This document shows positions 41,814-47,731 of a stretch of DNA of 47,731 bases, in pieces. The stretch's first letter is position 1. The number at the start of each line of letters is the position of its first letter. Position numbers and translations under genes: made by a program. Source of the DNA: Fidelibacterota bacterium (GTDB taxonomy: Bacteria > Fidelibacterota > UBA2242); contig JAZDEI010000344.1 in assembly GCA_043808945.1 (NCBI GenBank), positions 1-47,731 of the forward strand, written 5' to 3'. Below the pieces are notes generated by a model. It searched no databases. It was not told the origin of the DNA and was given only the letters and a program-made list of their open reading frames with translations.

Positions 41814-42743
41814 ATGAAGATCGTTTTCATGGGAACCCCGGAGTTTGCCGTACCGGCTTTGCAGGCAATTGCCGCTTCACGGCACCGTATTCTGGCGGTT
41901 GTAACCGGTCAGGATGTCGCCCGTGGCCGCGGTCAAAAAGTACAGGAAACGCCTGTAAAAATCCTGGCCCAAAAACTGGGCATTCCGGTGCTTCAACCGC
42001 TTTCATTAAAGGATCCGATATTCCAGGATCACCTGAAAACCTACCCGGCCGATCTTTATGTCGTGGTGGCGTTTCGGATATTGCCACCGGAAATGATTGC
42101 CATACCGCCTATGGGCGCGGTAAACCTGCACGCCTCGCTTCTGCCGCAATATCGCGGTGCGGCGCCGATCAACTGGGCGCTGATCAACAATGAACATGAA
42201 ACCGGCGTGACGCTTTTCCAGATCAAAGCTACGGTCGATACCGGTGATATTTTGAGGCAGGAGCGGGTTACCATCGAACCGGCCGATACCCATGGCTCCC
42301 TGGCTCCGCGCCTGGCGCAGGTTGGGGCGCAATTGATGGTTGAAGTTTTGGACGGTCTGGCAAGCGGTACGCTGAAAAGTTTTCCCCAGGACGCCAGCCT
42401 GGCAACGCCGGCCCCTAAGATTTTTCCCGAACTCGGCGAGATCGACTGGCAAAAACCGGCCGTCGAGATCAAGGGTTTGATTCACGGATTGTCACCTGTT
42501 CCGGGCGCCTATACATTTTTTCGTGGCAAGCGCTTGAAAATCCTGAGGGCCGTGGTCGGCGCCGAAAGTTTTTCCGGCGAGCCGGGCACGCTTGTAATCC
42601 GCGAAAAAGCCGGGATAGCGATTCTCACCGGTCAGGGTGTTTTGTGGCCGAAGGAAATGCAATTCGAAGGCCGCAGACCATTACAGATCGCTGAATTTTT
42701 ATGTGGCTTCGCCGGTCAGGTTGGAGATCAATTTGCATCGTGA
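41814..42743 (+). CDS. fmt: Methionyl-tRNA formyltransferase
   Basis: Motifs present: MKIVFMGTPEFAVP and NLHASLLPQYRGAAPINWALIN. The gene lies directly after def. Confidence 0.95.
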   Translation: MKIVFMGTPEFAVPALQAIAASRHRILAVVTGQDVARGRGQKVQETPVKILAQKLGIPVLQPLSLKDPIFQDHLKTYPADLYVVVAFRILPPEMIAIPPMGAVNLHASLLPQYRGAAPINWALINNEHETGVTLFQIKATVDTGDILRQERVTIEPADTHGSLAPRLAQVGAQLMVEVLDGLASGTLKSFPQDASLATPAPKIFPELGEIDWQKPAVEIKGLIHGLSPVPGAYTFFRGKRLKILRAVVGAESFSGEPGTLVIREKAGIAILTGQGVLWPKEMQFEGRRPLQIAEFLCGFAGQVGDQFAS

Positions 42744-44062
42744 AAACCCGCACCGCCGCCGCCAGCATTCTGATTTCTCTGCCCCCCGGCGGTTATAATT
42801 ACGAATCCGCTACCGATAGATTTATTCAGGCTAACAGTTTTTCGCAGCCCGATCGCGATTTTATTTATCTGCTGGTCAAAGGCGTAATTCAATATCAGCG
42901 CCTGCTCGATTTTATCATTGATCAGGCACGCAAAAAGAAGCGCAGCCATATCGAAAATATAGCTAGAGCTCTATTGCGGATCGGCGTTTTTCAGATCGTT
43001 ATTCTGAACATACCGGCCCACGCCGCCGTGCATGAAACCGTTGCAGTAGCCCGGCAAATTAATAGACACGACCTGACCGATTATATCAACGCCGTTTTGC
43101 GCCATTTACCGGAGGAAGGCGCCTGGCGGGAAAACCTGCGCCAATTAGATCCGGCCGTTGCCCTGGCAATCGAGTATTCGCATCCGGAATGGCTGGTAAA
43201 AAAATGGCTGGCGAACTTCGGCCGGGAAAGTACAGTCGCCCTGCTCGGCTTTGACAACGATTATCAGGAGATTTACTTTCGGCACAATCCACTAAGGGGG
43301 ACGTGGGCGGAATTTGAGAAATTGTTACAAGAGCGGGCGTTTCAGGTTGAACCGTATGCCACCGAACCGATCTGTTTTTTTAAAGTGGATCGGCCGGGAG
43401 ATTTGCTGAAAAGCGATTTCTTCCGCGAAGGCCGGTGCTCTGTGCAGGATTTCAGCCAGTCGCTGGCCGTGCGCCTGCTCGATCCGCTGGCCGGTGAAAC
43501 CATTCTGGATGCCTGCGCGGCTCCGGGTGGCAAGGCGACTTACATCGCGCAAATTACCCAAAACCGCGCCCATGTTCAGGCAAATGACCGCACGCCCCAT
43601 AAAATTGAATTGGTTAAAGAATCAGCCTGCCGATTAGGCATCGATTCGTTATATTACAGTATGTCTGACGCCAGTATCGCAAAGTTTCCAACGGTGGACA
43701 AGGCTCTTGTCGATGCACCCTGCACCGGAACCGGTATTCTGGCGCGGAGAGCGGATCTGCGCTGGAACCGTCGGCCGGAAGAATTGATCCGGGCGCGGGC
43801 GATCCAGGCCGGGATTCTGAATAATGTCGCCGCCGCGGTACGTGATCAGGGTTTTCTGGTTTACAGTACCTGCTCGCTGGAGTATGAGGAAAACTGGACA
43901 ACGGTGACGGAGTTTATCGATTGCCACCCCGAATTTTCAGTTGAACCGGCGGACAAATATGTTGACAGTTGCTACTGTGATGAAAAAGGCGCTGTGCGGA
44001 TTTTGCCATTTATACATAATTTAACAGGCAGTTTTGCGGTACGCCTGAAGAAAATAAGTTAG
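42740..44062 (+). CDS. rsmB: 16S rRNA (cytosine-C5) methyltransferase RsmB/Sun
   Basis: NusB-like N-terminal domain, SAM motif ILDACAAPGGKATY, and catalytic DAPCTGTG and VYSTCSLE. The GTG start at 42740 overlaps the fmt stop (GTGA). The track start at 42701 lies inside fmt. Confidence 0.9.
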   Translation: MKTRTAAASILISLPPGGYNYESATDRFIQANSFSQPDRDFIYLLVKGVIQYQRLLDFIIDQARKKKRSHIENIARALLRIGVFQIVILNIPAHAAVHETVAVARQINRHDLTDYINAVLRHLPEEGAWRENLRQLDPAVALAIEYSHPEWLVKKWLANFGRESTVALLGFDNDYQEIYFRHNPLRGTWAEFEKLLQERAFQVEPYATEPICFFKVDRPGDLLKSDFFREGRCSVQDFSQSLAVRLLDPLAGETILDACAAPGGKATYIAQITQNRAHVQANDRTPHKIELVKESACRLGIDSLYYSMSDASIAKFPTVDKALVDAPCTGTGILARRADLRWNRRPEELIRARAIQAGILNNVAAAVRDQGFLVYSTCSLEYEENWTTVTEFIDCHPEFSVEPADKYVDSCYCDEKGAVRILPFIHNLTGSFAVRLKKIS

Positions 44063-44078
44063 AGCGGAGAGGCCATCA

Positions 44079-44813
44079 GTGCAGACAAGACTTCGAAACT
44101 GGTTCAGGTTATTGGCGGCGTTCATTATCTTTGGAGTGGCGCTGGCTTTGATCATGGATAAAATTGTCATGCCGGTATACGTGCGTCACGGCAAAGAAAT
44201 AGTCATGATGGATGTTCGTAAAAAACACACGGCGGAAGCTATAAATCTGTTAAAGATGGGTGGCTTCGGAGTGCAGGTGGTGGATACGGTCGAGGGCGGC
44301 AATCTGCCGAAAGGAGTTGTCGTTGATCAACAGCCGCCGCCGGGCAACATGGTAAAAAAGGGGCATGTCGTTAACCTGATCATTACCGGTGGAGAACATT
44401 TCTTTCAGATGCCGAATTTAGTCGGCCGGGTTTTGAAATCCGCCACTATCATCATCGAGAATCAAAAATTAGTGCTGGATACGGTAGAGTACCTTTACTC
44501 GTCCGATAAACCGGAGGGTGTCGTTTGCGAACAGTCTTTATTGCCAGGTTCAATGGTCGGGTCGAATACACCGGTGCGCCTGGTGGTCAGCAGGGGCAAG
44601 CCCTCCCACCAGTTGGAGGTGCCCATGCTGACCGGCCTGAATCTGGAAGAGGCCAAAGCCAGTATTCGCAAAGCCGGCTTCAAGATCGGCCTGATTCGCT
44701 ATGTCCCAACGCCCGATCTGACTCCCTACACAGTCATTGATCAAACCCCTAAGGCCGGTCATCATTATGACAATCCGGTCAATATAGATTTGCAGGTGAC
44801 TAATGAACCATAA
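44079..44813 (+). CDS. Membrane-anchored protein with three PASTA repeats and no kinase or PBP domain
   Basis: N-terminal TM segment LLAAFIIFGVALALIM. Three PASTA-like modules of about 65 aa follow: VMMDVRKKHTAEAINLLKMGGF...VNLIITGG, FQMPNLVGRVLKSATIIIENQKL...VRLVVSRG and LEVPMLTGLNLEEAKASIRKAGFKI...IDLQVT. Confidence 0.8.
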   Translation: MQTRLRNWFRLLAAFIIFGVALALIMDKIVMPVYVRHGKEIVMMDVRKKHTAEAINLLKMGGFGVQVVDTVEGGNLPKGVVVDQQPPPGNMVKKGHVVNLIITGGEHFFQMPNLVGRVLKSATIIIENQKLVLDTVEYLYSSDKPEGVVCEQSLLPGSMVGSNTPVRLVVSRGKPSHQLEVPMLTGLNLEEAKASIRKAGFKIGLIRYVPTPDLTPYTVIDQTPKAGHHYDNPVNIDLQVTNEP

Positions 44814-45471
44814 GCTCAAAACAGCCCCCGAAGTCGTTCCGTCTCTGCTTTCGGCCGATTTCACCAGGCTGACGGATAGTATCCAGGCAGTTGAAAAAGC
44901 CGGTGCATTACGACTGCATCTGGATGTCATGGACGGGCATTTCGTGCCAAATATTACGATCGGACCATTTATCATCGCGGCCATCCGGCGGATTACCCCC
45001 CTTCATCTCGAAACCCACCTGATGATCGAAAACGCCGACCGGTATATTAATAAGTTCATCGAAGCGGGCAGCGATACAGTCATCCTGCATGTAGAGTCCA
45101 GCCCCGGATTACACCGCGATTTAAAAACCATTAAAGAGCTCGGCGTGAAAGCCGGCCTGGTTCTTAATCCGCCGACGCCTTTCGAAACAATCGAACCATT
45201 CCTGGGCGAAATAGATCATCTGCTGGTAATGACGGTCAATCCCGGTTTCGGCGGCCAAACCATGATTATTGATACTCTAGAAAAAGTTCGCCAGGCGCAA
45301 ATATGGCAGGAACGCTATGGCTTTCTGATAGAAGTCGACGGGGGCATCAACGCGGAAACCATTACCCTGGCCGCATCGGCCGGAGCAGATTTATTAGTCG
45401 CGGGCGACGCCGTATTTGGCGCCGGACATCCCGAACACTCCTTAAGATTATTAACTCAACAAATAAAGTGA
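44803..45471 (+). CDS. rpe: Ribulose-phosphate 3-epimerase
   Basis: Motifs present: VPSLLSADF, HLDVMDGHFVPNIT, MTVNPGFGGQ and EVDGGIN. Confidence 0.95.
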   Translation: MNHKLKTAPEVVPSLLSADFTRLTDSIQAVEKAGALRLHLDVMDGHFVPNITIGPFIIAAIRRITPLHLETHLMIENADRYINKFIEAGSDTVILHVESSPGLHRDLKTIKELGVKAGLVLNPPTPFETIEPFLGEIDHLLVMTVNPGFGGQTMIIDTLEKVRQAQIWQERYGFLIEVDGGINAETITLAASAGADLLVAGDAVFGAGHPEHSLRLLTQQIK

Positions 45472-46070
45472 TTAAGCCGGTCAAAGAAGGCGAGCTTGGC
45501 CGCAAAGCGATTCATTATACATCGTCTTTAGTGCCGCTGATTTATCAATTTTTCTTTAATAAGCATGATGCGACCCTGATTGCCGGACTCCTTTTCCTGG
45601 GAATTGTGGTCGCCGAACTGTTGCGGATGAACGTGCCGGTCCTGCGCCGGTTATATCGAAGACTGTTCGGCTGGATGATGAAGCCGCATGAATTCCGCAA
45701 ACACTTCACCGGCGCGACTTATGTCTTTTTGGGTGCTTTTCTGGCTATATTTCTCTTTCCAAAAGAGATCGCCGTAACTTGCCTGCTGTTTCTGACGATC
45801 GGCGATCCGACCGCTTGCCTGGTAGGACTTTCCGTCGGTCGGATAAAGGTACACAACAACAAGACCCTGGAAGGCATGCTGGCTTTTGTGTTTATCTCAC
45901 TGCTGGCCACCGCCTGGATTGCGGGAATCCCGCTCTGGATAAAAATAATCGGTGTGCTGGTTGCCTGTTTTGTAGAGGTTATTCATCGTAAAATAGATGA
46001 CAATGTGCTGATCCCGTTCTTTAGCGGGACGGTCATGTTGTTCCTGGTGGAATTATTTAAAATCTGGTAA
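45468..46070 (+). CDS. Polytopic membrane protein of the CTP-dependent phosphatidate cytidylyltransferase/dolichol-phytol kinase superfamily
   Basis: Motifs TIGDPTACLVG and NNKTLEGMLAFVF (the K-T-x-EG motif of the CTP_transf_1 superfamily) are present in a hydrophobic 200-aa protein. The GTG start at 45468 overlaps the rpe stop (GTGA). The track start at 45303 lies inside rpe. Confidence 0.5.
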   Translation: MIKPVKEGELGRKAIHYTSSLVPLIYQFFFNKHDATLIAGLLFLGIVVAELLRMNVPVLRRLYRRLFGWMMKPHEFRKHFTGATYVFLGAFLAIFLFPKEIAVTCLLFLTIGDPTACLVGLSVGRIKVHNNKTLEGMLAFVFISLLATAWIAGIPLWIKIIGVLVACFVEVIHRKIDDNVLIPFFSGTVMLFLVELFKIW

Positions 46071-46215
46071 TGAGATGAAACCGGCCGAGGATTGTGTTCT
46101 TTGGTCCGATATTCAGGCTAAAGCCCATTTTTAGATTCTCTCACTTCCCACATAGCGTCTTTTCCCGCCACCGATAGATATACGAAAATTATTGGCCTGA
46201 CCTTCACCTGGATGA

Positions 46216-46623
46216 TCAAACGGAGATTTCGATCTGATTATTTCCACCGACTTTCTGGAGACATTTCAGCATCACTGCCAATAAATCCTGCCGACTAAGC
46301 GGTTTGTACAAATAGTCGAACGCCCCCATTGTAAGAGCTTTTTCAAGCAGATGTTCATTGCGAAAGCCCGAAATCATGACTGCCGTCAGATTGGGTTGGA
46401 GAACTTTCAAAGCCTCCAGGACCTGCAAGCCGTCCATCTCCGGCATGTACAGGTCGATAAACGCAATTACACAGGATTTAGTCCTCAATTTTTCTATGGC
46501 TTCGCGACCGTCGAGGGCGGTGACGATTTTAAATGGGGTGTCTTCGAACATTTCACAGAAAATGTCCAGAATTGACTGGTCGTCATCGACTACCAAAACG
46601 CTGATTTTACGGGAATCGTCCAT
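46216..46623 (-). CDS. Stand-alone response-regulator receiver domain (CheY-like)
   Basis: 135 aa. It carries the acidic pocket VLVVDDD, the phospho-acceptor context AFIDLYMPEMDG, VMISGF and YLYKPL (conserved Lys). There is no output domain. Confidence 0.85.
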   Translation of the reverse strand: MDDSRKISVLVVDDDQSILDIFCEMFEDTPFKIVTALDGREAIEKLRTKSCVIAFIDLYMPEMDGLQVLEALKVLQPNLTAVMISGFRNEHLLEKALTMGAFDYLYKPLSRQDLLAVMLKCLQKVGGNNQIEISV

Positions 46624-46639
46624 AATCTTCCTTCACGGG

Positions 46640-47731
46640 TTAGCGGGTTTTATTTTCAAGTTGTTCCAATTTTTGCCGGGCTTTTTCAGAGAGTTGGTCT
46701 TCCGGCTGAAGTTGAGCGTCGATCACGGCATCGGTCACGATGGTTGGATTTATGAATACTACGAGCTCGGTCTTGACCTTTTGATCGATTTTATTTCGGA
46801 AAAGAAAGCCGATCAGCGGAATTGACCCGAGCAATGGTACTTTGCTGATCGTTTTAGTGTTTGATTCGCGGATCAGACCGCCGATCACGATAGTTTCGCC
46901 GTTGCCGATCTTGATGGTAGTGTTGGCAGTCCGGCGAGCGATGATCGGAGTGCCGTCGCTGGTCTGGCCGTTCTGAAAATCGGCATTTGGCGTAATATCG
47001 ACCGTAATGGTCTGATCGTTGTTAATATGCGGCTTGACCAATAGCTTGATCGTCGCCGACTTGAACTCATATGATGTAATCCCGTATTGGTTTAAAACCT
47101 TGTACGGAATCTGGTCGCCAACTTCAATCGAGGCGATTTTATTGTCCAGCGTTATCAAATACGGCCGGGACAGAATATTGACTTCTTTGTCGGTCTGAAG
47201 AGCACTCAAAACGGCATCGAAGCTTTTAGAAACGATACCAATGCCCAGTCCCTGGCCAATGGGTAAGCCGCCCCCAAGCGTATTCCCGGAATTATCATAG
47301 TAGCCCACCTGGTTGGTTGTCTGGCGCAGGTTAAAAAGAGTCGCAATCCGGTCGCCGGCGCTGAGAATTTTTGGATTTTTCCAGTACCATTCAAAGCCCG
47401 TGCTGTTTTCACGGGTCAACGAAATCTCGACGATAGCCGTCTGGATATAAATTTGGGGTGTGGGCTTGTCGAGTGCCGCCAGCAGATCTTCGATCCGCGC
47501 CAGCGTTTCCGGATTTTCTCTAATTATCAGGGTGTTGGTGCGTTCGTCCGCCAGCACCAATCCCACTCCGGGGGTAGCAAGGCGTCCGAGCGCGTTTTGC
47601 AGATCGACCGCATCGGCGTACTGGCAACGATAATTTTTAATTACCGTATGCTGTTGAATTTTGCGAATGTCTCCGACGAAATAAATATCAATGCCGTCGA
47701 TTTTACGGTAGGCCAGGCCGCTGGAATTCAT
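46640..47731 (-). CDS. Type II/type IV-pilus secretin (GspD/PilQ family). The N-terminus is almost certainly truncated by the right window edge.
   Basis: N1-like domain TNTLIIRENPETLARIEDLLAALD, and secretin domain ILSRPYLITLDNKIASIEVGDQIPY...ETIVIGGLI...KVPLLGSIPLIGFLFR...ELVVFINPTIV. The first residues in the window, MNSSGLAYRK, have no signal peptide. Confidence 0.9.
   Translation of the reverse strand: MNSSGLAYRKIDGIDIYFVGDIRKIQQHTVIKNYRCQYADAVDLQNALGRLATPGVGLVLADERTNTLIIRENPETLARIEDLLAALDKPTPQIYIQTAIVEISLTRENSTGFEWYWKNPKILSAGDRIATLFNLRQTTNQVGYYDNSGNTLGGGLPIGQGLGIGIVSKSFDAVLSALQTDKEVNILSRPYLITLDNKIASIEVGDQIPYKVLNQYGITSYEFKSATIKLLVKPHINNDQTITVDITPNADFQNGQTSDGTPIIARRTANTTIKIGNGETIVIGGLIRESNTKTISKVPLLGSIPLIGFLFRNKIDQKVKTELVVFINPTIVTDAVIDAQLQPEDQLSEKARQKLEQLENKTR

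Noticed and set aside
45303-45467. N-terminal extensions in the ORF track. They are 45303-45467 (overlapping rpe), 42701-42739 (inside fmt), 29020-29058 (inside tldD), 26896-26964 (over etfB), 24764-24811, 30767-30853, 31441-31479 and 34620-34685.
   Set aside because: Downstream in-frame starts give N-termini that match family expectations and often have a GGAG-type SD. They also remove implausible overlaps with the preceding gene.
46071-46215. A rho-independent terminator or sRNA in the 145-bp convergent gap between the CTP-transferase-family gene and the receiver gene. Similar T-runs occur after 31288 and in the minus-strand sequence downstream of surA.
   Set aside because: I could not find a convincing GC-rich stem followed by a T-tract by eye. 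An RNA-folding scan would be needed before calling anything.
47729-47731. The ATG at the very last bases of the window as the true secretin start.
   Set aside because: The resulting N-terminus (MNSSGLAYRKIDG) lacks a signal peptide and the N0 domain expected of secretins. The Met is most likely internal, and the gene continues beyond the window.

Overview
This window is an origin-proximal, almost entirely housekeeping chromosome segment from a diderm bacterium (it encodes an Omp85-type barrel, SurA-type chaperones and a secretin). I saw no rRNA, tRNA, CRISPR array, transposase, integrase or recognisable defence, toxin or phage genes.

Gene layout:
- Bases 1-21486 form one tightly packed minus-strand string: rpmH-rnpA-yidD-yidC-mnmE-mnmG-mfd, then three SurA/parvulin-type chaperones, then a 318-bp gap of about 16% GC, then dnaN-recF-DUF721(DciA-like)-gyrB-gyrA-yggS-divIVA and a PNP-like gene cut by the window edge.
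- dnaA (21818-23206, +) diverges from rpmH across a 331-bp spacer carrying DnaA-box-like 9-mers.
- Next come a minus-strand block (comM/yifB, plsX, etfA, etfB, pmbA, tldD) and a plus-strand block. The plus-strand block is an ArsC/LMW-PTP-like gene, a 1040-aa peptidase-MA/PD40/Omp85 fusion, an EamA transporter, radA, tgt, nadA, nadB, yajC, def-fmt-rsmB-PASTA protein-rpe and a CTP-transferase-family membrane protein.
- The window ends with a stand-alone receiver domain and a truncated secretin, both on the minus strand.

I do not see a convincing novel multi-gene accessory system. The observations most worth a second look are:
1. A sharp compositional mosaic. The roughly 15-kb core-gene block from DUF721 to rnpA is far more AT-rich than both flanks. 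Its left border falls exactly where gyrB lacks a canonical start codon.
2. Two candidate origin regions that share the 9-mer TGTTGATAA, with dnaA unlinked from dnaN.
3. An outer-membrane barrel fused to a metallopeptidase and a beta-propeller.
4. A Tat-signal TldD paired with a signal-less PmbA.
5. A kinase-less PASTA protein sitting in the PrkC slot of the def-fmt-rsmB...rpe neighbourhood.
6. A PNP-fold protein with apparently degenerate catalytic motifs.

All calls rest on motif recognition in the supplied translations plus my own translations. No database search was run.
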